DNA of 64,000 nt from Podarcis cretensis. Taxonomy: Eukaryota. Shown in pieces: positions 1 through 12,844 of the stretch (position 1 is its first letter; each line of letters opens with the position of its first letter). The notes under the pieces are model-generated. The model made no database searches and was not told the origin of the DNA. It was given only the letters and a program-made list of their open reading frames with translations. The DNA is taken from positions 43,400,001 to 43,464,000 of the forward strand of contig OX638157.1 of the NCBI GenBank assembly GCA_951804945.1, written 5' to 3'. The position numbers were made by a program, and so were the translations under genes.

Positions 1-1295
1 TGCTTAGACAAGAGATGCTTTACAAGAGAGATTTTAGAAGGTTTTTATCTCTGTTCGTAGAGGTTCCACTTATTTAGCTGCTAAGAGTGTTTGAGATTTT
101 AAACACCCAGGTTCAAATTTCTGCTCTGTTCTGAGATGGGTAAATAGCCACACGTCAGCTTAATCCTGACTCGTGATAGTGAATATTGTGAGGTAACAAA
201 TTCAGCTCTGAATTACTAGAAGGAATGGTAGACTATACAGTAAATGTAAAAAAGGAGATTAATTCTGTTATTTGTTTGTTCAGGATTACTACCTCTCAGT
301 TTATTTTTGTGTTTCATTTATTGTACGTCTTTACTTGAACCCACCATATTAATCACAATATATTAAACAAAGTATGCAATCAAGTTGGACTGATGTCAAC
401 TTTTATTTTGGTATAGAGTATTTAAAAGATTTGATATTTCAGTGAGATTGTTACTTTTACTTTGCATAGCACATATCTCATGCTATATTTATAAACTGCT
501 TTTGGAACACTTCTGTTTTTCAAAAGTCACTTGTGATTTATCATGGTGTAGTAGCTTCTGTTCAAGAAACCTAAGTCCAAGCTCAAGCTGGGCATGTAGA
601 ATTGGTTGCACAGCTATTTTGATCTAAGTTGTAATTATTCTAGATCACAATTTTTACATTCAGTTCTGCGTGTTAGTTAAGGATTGTTTTTGCCGCTATC
701 ATTTTATTAAAGGGTTTCTCATAGAATACAAATTAACCATTCCCCAGTCCTCCCTTCTTTTTCTCATCCCCCCCCCCCTTTATCTGCAAATGTCATTGTT
801 TGGTCTATTCTTAAAAGTAAACAATATAATACATAGAGTGTGTGGTATCACATGATAGAAAGCTTCCATAAGCAGAAAAGGAAGGGATGCAATTTTTGCA
901 CTGCAGTGTCCCAAGCACACACCAAATCTTCTCCAAAAGATTGGGAAACCCTCTGGAGGAGATTTGGAGAGTTGCTTTGTGTTCAAAGGGAACAAAGGAA
1001 ATGAGGATAAATAAGGAGTATTTAAAAGGCATATGTATGAGTTATATGTTTACCATGTTTTTCATTTGCAGTTTATCTAATAGTGCTTTTGCATGTCTTG
1101 GAAGTGCAGGCAGAGTATCAGAAATGGTAAAAGCTGTCCCATTCCTTGATAACTCCAAATATATTTTTCAGAAATACATTCATCTATAGGAAACTTTGCT
1201 TAGTGATTTTTCTTTCTTTTTTAAAATGTATTTTTATTAAAGATTTTCTTGGTTTACAAAAGTATGTGCAATGTCTCTCCCCCCCCCCCCAAGTA

Positions 1296-1531
1296 CAGTG
1301 GTACCTCAGGTTACATACGCTTCAGGTTACATACGCTTCAGGTTACAGACTCCACTAACCCAGAAATATTACCTTGGGTTAAGAACTTTGCTTCAGGATA
1401 AGAACAGAAATCCTGCAGCAGCGGCGCAGCGGGAGGCCCCATTAGCTAAAGTGGTGCTTCAAGTTAAGAACAGTTTCAGGTTAAGAACAGACCTCCGGAA
1501 CGAATTAAGTACTTAACCCGAGGTATCACTG
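1296..1531. mobile_element. Non-autonomous Tc1/mariner-pogo (Tigger-like) MITE
   Basis: TIRs cagtggtacctcaggtta ... taacccgaggtatcactg flanked by TA; internal tandem ttcaggttacatacgc. Confidence 0.85.
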
Positions 1532-2935
1532 TAACATTTTTTACAGATCAGTTTCATTTGTTGAGGCATTAGGAAGAAAAGGGGGGAAAGGTGAGTGGGG
1601 GTGGGGTCAGGTGGCGATGTTTCTATTTTACTTAATATATGTGGGGTTTTGTGTCAGCGTCGCTTGCGCAGGTTCTCTGCTATTCACTTGTGTTTCTTTA
1701 GTGGTGAGAGAGGTTGGGGTTGCCCTAGGGTGTGGTTGGTTGGTTGTGATTGGCTGTGAGTGATTTTTCTTTCTGAAACATTTGAAATGAAACATTGGCT
1801 TTTGATCGGTAAAGGAAAATAAAGTATTTCTTATTTCTCTACATCATCAAACACAATCATTGAAAGAAGGGAAGCTCAAATGTTTTCATTTTTTAACTGT
1901 TAAGTTTTCAAAAGATTTTGTTACATGTTGTATACAGCTGCAATATTTTGCATGGAATCATAATAAAACAATAAAATAGCAAAAGAACAAAGACAGGGCT
2001 TAGAATCTATCCAAAGCCAAATTAAAATAATAAATCTCTTAGTGTTTAGAATTAAACCCTAAAAGGAACAAGTGGGTTCAAGGTCTATCCTCTGCCCAAG
2101 GGAATCCTGACTGTTCGTTAACATCTGCAGTAGACTGCTAAAACAGCATGCAAACTGCTTTTCATGGAGACTTCAAAAGATTCTTTGCAGTTACTTTCTA
2201 TTTTCCTTTCAATGAAATAAAAAGGATCCTTTTGGAAAACACAAGTCAATTGTAGTAGATCTGCCCCTTCCAAATGCTCAAGACGCCTTTCAGTAACTGA
2301 GTCCCTATAAATAAGACATTGCAGCAGTTGTTTGCTCTTGAGTCTCCTTGTTTTGATATACAGCACACCTGAGCCCCAAATGAACTGTGCTTCTGCAAGT
2401 ACCATTGAAATGAATAGCACTTAAGCTGAAGCACTCTGAGGACTGGAGAATCTATGAGATAATATATTGCTTAGCCTTATTCTTTAGTAGCTATTGATAG
2501 TTTGTTTCAGGCTATTTTCCTCCTTGAGCCTTTTTGTCTTGTGATGAGAGAGCCTCTCAAGCCCTGCTTTTCACATCTGGAGGCTTATGCCCAATCATTA
2601 TGCCATATCCTAGCTGATCCGAATAGCAATTTGTGTTCTGTTGAGACACAAGTTGCCGCAGTTATGAAGTTTTGGAAATATTTTGCTGTCTTCAAAGAAC
2701 TACCATTGAATCTGTTCCAACAGGAAAAGCAAAGGGCAGCACATTCATATGCTTGTGCACAATATTCAGTTGGCCTTACTGCCAGGCAACTGTGCATAAG
2801 ATTGCAAACAATCAGTTCGGGTTTAATAATGGAACTTCATTTTAAAAAATCCAGCAGTATGATACAAAAACCAATGTTTGTTTGTTTGTTTAAAGGTGAT
2901 GTGAATCTGCAGTTGGAATGAACAATAGAAATGTA

Positions 2936-3279
2936 AAAAGATAAAAGGGACCCCTGACTATTAGGTCCAGTCGTGACCGACTCTGGGGTTGCAGTGCTCC
3001 TCTCGCTTTATTGGCCGAGGGAGGCGGGCGTACAGCTTCCGGGTCATGTGGCTAGCATGACTAAGCCGCTTCTGGTGAACCAGAGCAGCGCACAGAAACG
3101 CCATTTACCTTCCCTCCGGAGCGGTACCTATTTATCTACTTACACTTTGACGTGCTTTCGAACTGCTAGGTTGGGACCGAGCAACAGGAGCTCACCCCGT
3201 CGCAGGGATTCAAACCGCCGACCTTCTGATCGGCAAGTCCTAGGCTCTGTGGTTTAACCCGCAGCGCCAACCGCGTCCC
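2936..3279 (-). mobile_element. Sauria SINE
   Basis: tRNA-like head (rc gggacgcg...gcgctg...gtttgaatccc), conserved body, degenerate tail; TSD agaaatgta at 2927-2935 and 3284-3292. Confidence 0.88.
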
Positions 3280-5438
3280 TAAGAGAAATGTAGCCTGGTG
3301 CTTAAACAATGATGACACTGAGGGCTATTGCAGCAAACCTTTCCTTATGATTAGACTGTCAGAGTAGTACATTGGTTTGTCTCAAAGATGTTTTAAACAA
3401 GTGAGTTCATAATGCTGGTGGTTCTAGATGAGATAGAAATGCTTACTCTTTCATGAACATTCTTTCTTCACCAGAGATGTGGAAGCTCACACAGGTGTCT
3501 GAAAGTATTAACATCTCCTCTGCCCTGCAGCTCCTGTTATAGTTTTTGTAATTTGGTTTCTCTTCACCCGTGAAGTAAATCCTTGCCTTGTATTTGGCTT
3601 AAGATCCTTCTATTTGATCCATATGTATTGTCCATGGTGTGGTGTTTATGGTTAACAGTCTTATGGCATAAAATATTATATGTTATTTAATGCATAGATT
3701 GGAAGCATACCTACTCCGCCCCTACAGAACTGGTGGGTGGGGCATTAATGAATTTTGGGCTCAGGGTCACATTTGACTCATTATCAGTGTTAGAAATTCA
3801 GATGTATAAGCTAATCGCCAAATGACACCTTACATCTAGATTATGGTCGCTACAACAGATTGTCTAGGTGTCATTTTGTTGTTGTTGCTGCTGCAATGGA
3901 ATTAGTTGTTATTATTAATATTATTCCTTTCATTTCTATTCTGCATTATATTTTAAAGAAAAAAATTAAAAGCAATATACAACACATCAAACCATCAAAT
4001 AAAACAATCCAGAATTAAACAAATTCAAGCTTCAAGGAAAATATTTTAGATCCTTCTCTAAGTGACATTTTGCTTTCCCCATATTTATTTACCTTTTAAA
4101 TACCCCATAGCAGAAGTACTTTAGGAAGCCAATGTGATGTAGTGGTTGGAATGTCAAACTCGGACCTGGGAGTTAAAACCACAGAAGGTGGTTAATGCAT
4201 TTTGAACATGCTAAAGAAACCTTGGATTCACCAGGATTTATTTATTTTTTTGGTATTGGCGCAACATTTGCAGCATTTTTTCTCATGATGAATAACATTC
4301 CACTGAAGTGAAGTTGGACATGAAAACTAGGAATGTAGAGGCCCAGCAAGGGCAAGGGAGTAATAATGAATACTGTAACTTTTTTGTTGAAAATTTTGAA
4401 TTACTTGCCAGTGTGTATTATAGCATATCTGACAATGTGGATGTTTGCGAATAGAACACTTGGATGGAGAAAGTTCCTCTGGCCTGTTGATGTCATGGTA
4501 TTTTTAATTAACATAGGAAAATTGCACAGATTGTCTTTTTGTCTCCAATTTGCTCATGTGTGTGCATGTTCTCAGCATATTTTGTTACTCCCCTACTCTT
4601 TTTGGTGCTTCTAAATAACGAGTGTTTTAAAAAATATTGTTAAGGGTTTGCATAGCTTGGAGACAACAAATGCAGTTTTCTGTACAGTAGTAGCTTTCTG
4701 TCTTGTTTCAAATATGCAGATAAAAAGTTTTGCCAGCAAACATTTTCTATACTTGAATCAGAAATGCTTGATTCTCTTTCTGTATTTAGAGTGCAGCTGA
4801 TGTTTTGGCATCCTTTTTACAATTGTTATAATAATTTTTCATGATGTAATTCTGACTGCTAAACAAATACAGTAGTAAAACCTGGTTTCTATGCAGGTCA
4901 TTGTTCTGCTGAACAGACAGAAGAGAGGATTATGCTTTTCTGACATGATTTGTAAAATGAAAAAAACAGCAGCAACATTAAAAAACACCTTTTGGTTTAA
5001 CATACTGTGTTAAAGAGTTCCCATGTTAACTCAGGCTTCAAAATGCCAGGAAATTATGGCTGTTAAGGGCCATACCCCAAACACGCATTATTAATATGGT
5101 GTGGTATCCTACCCTGTGGTTAGTTTCAGCTTCACAAGTACCTTGGCGCTGGATGGCTGAAGGGGGCAAAGGTATGGATCCTACTCACAGATTTGTTTGT
5201 TCACTGGGACAGATACATCACTTCTGTGCAACAGAAGAAGAACCAGTTTTCCAAAACACATGGTATAATTGGATACATCTTTCTGCAGAAAAAAGCACCC
5301 CGCAAAGCCTATGGAAGGAAAACACAGAACACCTGTCAACTTGCCAGAGTCCCTTATAAACTTTTAACTCATTCAAAATAAATCATTTCTCATCAATTAT
5401 TTCCCAACTTGGATATGGACCATCCTTAAACATACCTT

Positions 5439-5742
5439 CAGGGCTGTCTTACCTATAGGTGCTAGGGGTGAAGGGCACCTGGGTGCCGGGCTCTCAGGGG
5501 AGCCAGGCCGAGAGTCCAGGGCCTGAGAGTTGAGTCCGAGGAAGAGCCTGCCCATCTGTTGGAGCGCCGCGACGGGCTCTTCTGCTGCGGGTGGCTCTGT
5601 GCTGTGAGTTTGGGGGTGACTGAGCCAGCAAGACACTGAGGTGGCCGGCCGGCTCCGCCCTCCTGGGACTGGGAAACCGGGGGTGTCTGTGTGCTGGGTG
5701 GATCTTTGCACCCCAGCGCTGCATATGCTTAAAACAGCCCTG
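5439..5742. mobile_element. GC-rich non-autonomous hAT-type DNA transposon
   Basis: TIR cagggctgt...acagccctg with exact 8-bp TSD catacctt (5431-5438, 5743-5750). Confidence 0.85.
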
Positions 5743-7257
5743 CATACCTTCCCCTACACTGCCAAGTTTCAAATCAGTCAACTGAACTATAAGGCATAGA
5801 TCCCACCCTTCTCTGATTTCTCATTATAATGGCAGAATGAATGAAACATTATTTGCGTCAGCCGTGAGCCACAGGAACAAAAATAAATGGCAGAATGAAA
5901 TGTAGCCGACTTGTTCTTAACATTGGACCACAACTGTGGCCCTATAATTAATACTGTTTTATCAAGCAGTTTTCTTTGTAAAGAAATATAACTTCTAGGG
6001 CCATTTTTTGTTTTTTATAAAGCTTCATATCCTGACCTGGCATGATGGCATATAAAGTCTGGCCACAATAGGTGAAGCAGACCACTTAAAGGTAGTGAAT
6101 GAACTTTCAGTGCAATCCGATGCACGTCTACTGTGAAGTAGGACCCCCCCCCCAGTGTTTGAATTGGGTTTATTCCCTAGTAGGTGTGTATATGATTTCA
6201 GTCTTAAGAGGTAAGAGAGAACATGCTTTCAGCCATGCCTTTAAATTAGGTTTTGGAAATAGTGTAGCTTGAGAGCATATTTTATATTCAGAACAATTAG
6301 TAGAGCAAGTATGTTTGTTCCCTTGGAAACCATTTACTTTTTATAGAACCATATGGAGCATTTTCTTCTTAAGTGAATATTATAATAAAATTAACTATAC
6401 AAGTGAAGCGACTTCCATTTTTCCAGCCAGTTAGGAATGCTTTGATTCTGTCCATTGTAAGCATATTTTTAAGAGGGCTTACTTCAATGCCAAATGGCTG
6501 TACTGTATGAATCTGTTCTGGAAAAGGTGAGGTAAGCTTTGTTTTGAGTCTGCTTTAGTCTAGGTTGTTGTGTTATCTGTGCCAGACTGAGATAGTGTAA
6601 TAGGAGAAGATATGCCAAGATATAGTACTATGAAAGCATGTGCAACTTTCAGTGGTGTTGTAATGGTAAACTTTTTAAGTACATGAGCGGTTCATGACAG
6701 CACCTCCCACCCCCAAAAAAGAGTAAAAAAATGAAGGCAACAATGTTGCTCCATTATTATTGTTATTTCTCTACTCATTCATTGAACTTTCAAACTTCTT
6801 TCATCAATAGTAGATCCCAGAGTGGCTTACGAAATGTTATATAAATCAGAACACAACACACACAAATAAAAAAGCATTATCAAAGTGTTAAAACCAACAG
6901 TGAAAGAGTACACTTTCTATGATCCTCAAACCAGTTCTTTGTTACAGTAGTAACAGGACCTTGAACATTCAGTTTCCACCAGAGGCCTGTGCTAACAAAT
7001 AAGTCTCAACCGGATGTTAGAAGCCCCAAAGCGTATGAGTCATCTTTGTATCTAGAGAGAGGGCGTTCCACAGTAAGGGTGCCACTTCATAGAAGCCCTG
7101 TATCAGTGAAAGCCTTCCCCTCTCCTCCCCCCCCCCCCGTTTATACAGGGAAAAGGTGTTCAGGGCTTTATTATGTCAATATTAACACCTTGAATTGAGC
7201 CTACTAACAAAGCGGTGGCCAACGCAGATCCTGCAAAGCATATGTAATATGCACAGG

Positions 7258-8558
7258 TGTGACGGAAAAGTTTGTTTTGCTGGGCAGGTTGGGTCACCAA
7301 GTGAGCTCCAGAGAAGCGGACACGGAGCAATGGATCCAAACTACAAGAAAGAAGATTCCACCTAAACATTAGGAAGAACTTCCTGACAGTAAGAGCTGTT
7401 CGACAGTGGAATTTGCTGCCAAGGAGTGTGGTGGAGTCTCCTTCTTTGGAGGTCTTTAAGCAGAGGCTTGACAACCATGTGTCAGGAGTGCTCTGATGGT
7501 GTTTCCTGCTTGGCAGGGGGTTGGACTCGATGGCCCTTGTGGTCTCTTCCAACTCTATGATTCTATGATTCTAAGTGTTTTCTTTTTCTCTTCCCCTGCC
7601 AGTAAATGGTTAATGAATGGCAGCTTTTGATTGGCCGGGGTTCCAGGAGAGGGAGTTGAAAAGGAGAGGATTTGGAGAGACAGGTTTCAGGTTGGGAGAT
7701 AGGGAGTGAGAGGAGAGAGAGTTGGTTCTGGGTAGAAACATCTGAGGAATATATCAAAAGCTACAGAAAGGAGTCTCTGAGCTTAGTGTGAAGGACAGTG
7801 TGTGGTGTCCTGTGAGAGTAATAGGCCAGGAATTAACTGGGAGGCTGAGGCCGAGCCAGGAGAAGTAGAAGCTGTAAAGATACAGTCTACTTAGGTCTTA
7901 TTCCAGTCAGGAGGGGAGAGATTCTGCTACAAAAAGAGAAGACTCCGAAACCAGCTAATAGGGGTATGGTGATCCCTTGGGCCTGTTACTTGGAGTAGCT
8001 CAGGAGTAGGGTTGTCAAAGGGGTGTATAACTGCCAGGAAGTACCACCTTGTTTAAGAACTAAAGTATTAAGCGGCAACAGCTGTGCAACTGAGAAAGAA
8101 CTGAAGTGAAAGAACTGGAAATAAGCTGAGCATTTACCCTTTAGTCTAACAAAACAAAACAAACCTGTAGCATCTACCTGAAGCGAAGTAACTGAACACA
8201 AGCAACTGAAGTTTAAAAGAAGTTGTGCTTGATTAGAAGTCCATAACATCAGTTAGATTTAGTATCAATATTATTAGGTGAACGGTTACCTGAAATAACA
8301 TTATAACCTGAAGTATCCTTTGTTTTACCCGCTTTGTGTCATAAACTTCCTTTGTTTAATAAAATCTTTGTTTGTTTGATCAAATCCTGCCTGAGACTCC
8401 AAATTATGAAGTTTTCCCTCACACAAGTCCCCCACTAGATAATCTGAGGTAATTTGTAGAAATTTGTGTAACTGGTGTACTGTGAGGTGGTTGCACTATA
8501 TTTAAGTGAGGGCCGGCCCAGTGGTGCCAGAGTGAAAAAGTGCCATTGCACCATCACA
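7258..8558 (+). mobile_element. Solo LTR interrupted by a CR1 3' fragment
   Basis: Termini tgtgacgg...ccatcaca (TG..CA with 8-bp imperfect inverted ends), exact 5-bp TSD acagg (7253-7257, 8559-8563), aataaa at about 8358 followed by a GT-rich tract. Confidence 0.75.
7305..7573 (+). mobile_element. 5'-truncated CR1 LINE (ORF2 C-terminus plus 3'UTR)
   Basis: Encodes [55 protein letters not shown]; ends in the (attctatg)n CR1 tail. Confidence 0.92.
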
Positions 8559-8762
8559 ACAGGTGGAGCAGTCAGCCCTCTGGAGGTTGAGTTCTGCTCT
8601 TGCTATAGTTTCTGGATTGACTTCAAGGGTAGCCCTACAGAGATTACATTACAGTACTCTTAACATGAGCCACCAAGGCAAGTCCATCCCAGTCCAGAAA
8701 CAGATGTAAGTGGTGTATCAGCCGGAGCTGGAAATAGGCACCCCTTGCTATGACACACACAC

Positions 8763-8765
8763 TGT

Positions 8766-8817
<52 letters not shown>
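8763..8817. repeat. Compound microsatellite (TG)n(AG)n
   Basis: Read directly. Confidence 0.95.
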
Positions 8818-8819
8818 TC

Positions 8820-9150
8820 ATCAAGAGCACACCATTCATTTAATTCCTGTATACAAGAACCATATATCAACCTCTCGTGCCAGGTTTCAGCCTAAGTTAT
8901 TGACCTCATTCAACCCCTGCCCCCAGGGAGTGGTTTAGCATAAAACAGCTTCATCTGGTTCTAATGGCATGGAGAAATAGACCTGGGTATCATCTGCATA
9001 TTGGTGGCAATGAGCCCCAGATCTCTGGATGACTGCTCTTGGCAGCTTCATACTGATGTTAAATAGCATGTGGGACAAGATTAAATATTGCAGGATGCCA
9101 CAGCGTAACTGGATGGGAGCACTATTAATGACACTCCCTTCCCCCATGGA
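8820..9150 (-). mobile_element. Decayed LINE (L2-like) reverse-transcriptase fragment
   Basis: ORF 8935..9147 contains CHQYADDTQVYFS (YADD RT motif) and a degenerate G(V)PQGSILxPxLFNI segment. Confidence 0.75.
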
Positions 9151-9865
9151 CCAAAAGGATGTCTCATGACAACCAGAAGTTGTGCTTTAAGTGTAGCGTG
9201 CCCAACTCTATGGAACTTCCTCCATTAGAAATCAGGCAGCACTGTCCTTGCTAACTTTCAGATGCCAGGCTGTTTGTATTATTAAAGTTGTTTTAATGGT
9301 TCTCTTTCTTGATCTTTTAATCTACGGTATCAGTTTTGTGTATTGTATATATTTTTTGAAAATGTCTTTGAGACATATAGTGAGAAGCAGTGCATAAAGC
9401 CCTTAAATAAATGGAATGCTGCAGAGTTTGGAATTCCCTGTGCCATTCTCTGGAAACATCCCTGCAGCTTGGAGCAAAACCACCATGATGTCATGGCTCT
9501 GATTCCTAACTCACAGAGCCTCTTGAGAATACAATAGTCAATAGTATTGAAAGGTGCTAAGAGATAACAAGAAGGAATATGGTCATTTTAGGAATAGGGT
9601 CCTATGGGAGAGGGAGATTTCCGAGAGTGGGAGAGGTTCTACTCTTGCATTTCTTCCCAGCATTCCTTAATTCCTAATTGGTGCCATGGATTAAGTCTGA
9701 CTGTCTACCCAGGACGGGGGATGAGGTGATGCAGAATTAGGTCATCCTGTCTCATGACATAGCATTCTTGCTGCTGTCTGTTCCCCATGGCATTCCTAGT
9801 CAGCCTTTGAATCAGAGTCCCAAAGAAAAATTATGATACTTCTATCCGTCTGTGCACTCAGCATA

Positions 9866-10229
9866 AAAGGTAAAGGTAAAGGTACCCCTGCCCGTACGGG
9901 CCAGTCTTGACAGACTCTGGGGTTGTGCGCCCATCTCACTTAAGAGGCCAGGGGCCAGCGCTGTCCGGAGACACTTCCGGGTCACGTGGCCAGCGTGACA
10001 TCGCTGCTCTGGCGAGCCAGAGCCGCACACGGAAATGCCGTTTACCTTCCCGCTGGTAAGCGGTCCCTATTTATCTATTTGCACCCGGAGGTGCTTTCGA
10101 ACTGCTAGGTTGGCAGGCGCTGGGACCGAGCAGCGGGAGCGCACCCCGCCGCAGGGATTCGAACCGCCGACCTTTCGATCGGCAAGTCCTAGGCGCTGAG
10201 GCTTTAACCCACAGCGCCACCTGCGTCCC
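9866..10229 (-). mobile_element. Full-length young Sauria SINE
   Basis: (aaaggt)n tail, intact tRNA-like head with B box (rc ggttcgaatccc), CpG-rich; 13-bp TSD tgcactcagcata (9853-9865, 10232-10244). Confidence 0.93.
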
Positions 10230-12768
10230 TCTGCACTCAGCATACTCTCAGTCTAAATGCAAAAATAAATGTTGGAGTCCCTGCAGATTAATTTCAGCAG
10301 TGAATATCTGTATAAACTGCTGCATAATTTAGCTGACATATAATTTTCAGGTGTAATTTTAACTGATCTCTTGATCACTTAAGGTGGTGAAATATCATTC
10401 AGTTCCCACCACAAAGCATGGTTTGTTTAAGGAGCCTGCACTTCCACCTCAAGACAGCTGACCTATTCAAATTGGGAATCAAATAAGTTTCATGGGCTTG
10501 TACGATTAGAGGTAAAGGTAGAACTGTTACAAGGGATCAATTAATGCTTTCCCATGGGAGCAGGAACACACAGACACCCCGGGCAATCCCAGTACCGGGA
10601 CGACAGCAGAATTACTATACCAAGACTGTTTATTCCCTTCCCTCTGTGTGATACAATTTTACTACACCAGTCAGATAGGCGGTGTATAAATAATAAAATG
10701 GTGGTGGTGATGATGATGATGATTTGGCTTACGTGACCAATCTCAAGGTGGTCTCTTGCATGATAATGCTGCTTTTCATTTGTGCTGTGAAGAGCGACCC
10801 CATTTGACCAGTGGGACCGCATGGGGAGAATAAAGAGCATGGAGTCAAAAGCATGCTTTGAAAAGGGCCTATGGTGGAAAAGGAGTTCACAAGTTATAGT
10901 GCAAAAATTAATTAGGAATGGCGAGCCTCATAAATAAAGGGAATTGACTTATACAGAGTGCACTTCCCTTGTCAGTGTGGGATCTCTGTATTTAATAAGA
11001 TGATTCTTAGTAATGTTGTTTGATGATTAATAAATCTTGATTATATATTGACATTTCTTGACTTCATTTCATTTACATTCCTAAAAATTCAGGTTTGACA
11101 ACTTTGTACTCTGGCATTTAGGTAACCCTGACCTAGAGGCTCTCATTGATAATCTAAATTCAGCCTTCGTAGTATGAGTGCAATAACTTAATTGATTTAA
11201 TCAATTAAAATTGCTGACTTAAGGATGGAAAGTGGGAAGGTGAATGCCATGAGCAAAGAAGTGGGGTTGCGGAGCATTGTTTCTCGACAGTGGGCCAGGA
11301 TGCACCAGTGGGCTTTAGGCAATGTTCAAGTGGGCTTCAGTGCCATAGCCTGCCCAGTGCCTCTTCACTTGCCTTCCCTGCCCCCAAGTCATGACATAGC
11401 CTTCAGCTGATTCCAGCGCTAGCTGGAGCAATGGTGGCAGGGAGAAGAGTTCAATGAAGAAAGAAAAGGGAAAGGAAGTTCTCTTCCTCTGAGGAGAAAC
11501 CACCACAGGAAGTGTTGAAGGAAATTAGGAAGGAAGCTAAAATGTTAATATTCACCATGAATGTTAATTAAAACAAAATAGTACAGCAAACAGGAAATAG
11601 AAATGAAAGGGATAAGGAAGGAAAGGTGTTGTAGGAGGAAGAAGTGAATATAAAAAACCAGAGAGGAGGGATGAAAGACACTATTAGCAGTTGGAGGAGA
11701 GTAAGGTTCAAGTTGAATGTAAAAGGTGAATGGAAACTACAGGAGATGGGAGGCAAGTGGGGGTAGGAAGGGAAAAAGAAAAAGCCACCTTCATCAGATC
11801 AGCAAATTCTGCCTAAAATGGGGATACTCAGTCACAATACCTCCATAGCAAATTTCTGTGCTTAGTTTGAAGAAAGTTAATCGATGGAACTGCTCACCGC
11901 AAGGAAAACACAGTGGTGAAGAATTTACACATTTCCAAAGATGGATGCCATATTAGTAGAAAGTGATGTCCATTATTGCCAGTTGATTGTCAGACTTGCC
12001 CACTATTTTGTAACTGCTTCTGCTCCTGCACCACCATTTTGTCACTGGCTGACCTCAGTAATTTTCAGCCATCTGAAGTGGGCCCCGGGGCTACAAGGTT
12101 TGAGAACTCCTGCTCTGGAGCTGAAAGACCTGAAATTCCACATATATCGTGAGGCACAGATGGATTCAGGTTGAGAGGAAAAGGGAGTGGCAAAGATTAC
12201 GAACATTTTTCTCCAGTAACCAGAAACTGCCTTTCTACTACAGTGATTGCTGTGTAATATAGTCCTCGTAATGCTAGCATAACGTCATTGTGATGCTGAG
12301 CAAGTATAGCAGTTTCTAATTATTGACATTTCGGCTATATAAAGACAGGTACTTAGTGGTTTAACAGATTTTTACAAGTGACTTGCATTTTATCAGTACA
12401 AGCAAAATTTGTGCAGAGGTGAGAATAAATCTTTTGAGTTTTTCTATTTTAAGAGTGGTTCTAATGTCTTACATTTTACATTTGGATCCATGTGCCTTAG
12501 TAGTCAACAGTATAGTATTGGAGAAAGTAATGGGACAAATTTCTACTATGAAACATGTGTGCCAAAAATACAAAATGAAGAATCCCATAAATTTTTAGCA
12601 GCCTTTAAGTCTAATTTGTATTGTCAATACACTCCCACCCCTGATATTGCCTCAGAAGAAGACGAAACTTGATTGAAAATGTGGTTTTGTCATGTGCGTA
12701 GCATTAAATTTTAAAACTGTAGCTTTATAGACTTGGTTTTGCTCAAAGTATTTTCTGTCCTCTTTCAG

Positions 12769-12844
12769 TTTTGGCAAACGTTCTGCAGGAAGCTTCAGAC
12801 GTGGCTGTGAATGCATTGTTCTAGAGCCATCTGAAATGATTGTG
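12769..12844 (+). CDS. RAPGEF2: RAPGEF2 internal exon of the long (upstream-promoter) isoform, end of N-terminal cNMP-binding-like region: (S)FGKRSAGSFRRGCECIVLEPSEMIV
   Basis: Acceptor tcctctttcag|t, donor gtg|gtaagc; 76 nt (1+75). Peptide matches the long vertebrate RAPGEF2 N-terminus as I recall it and joins in phase 0 to VDYMDENEE. Not in the ORF track. Confidence 0.93.

Noticed and set aside
7160-7552. Paralogous small proteins MEETTRAIESNPLPSRK (also 38458..38682)
   Set aside because: Antisense translations of two CR1 3' ends.
9842-10030. Paralogous small proteins MCGSGSPEQRCHAGHV (also 44091..44306)
   Set aside because: Chance frames within two copies of the same SINE.
1-12768. Further upstream RAPGEF2 exons (expected ...CWYILLSGSVFIKESMFLPRS)
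   Set aside because: I found no such coding sequence by eye; it is probably upstream of the window, so this stretch is treated as one intron.
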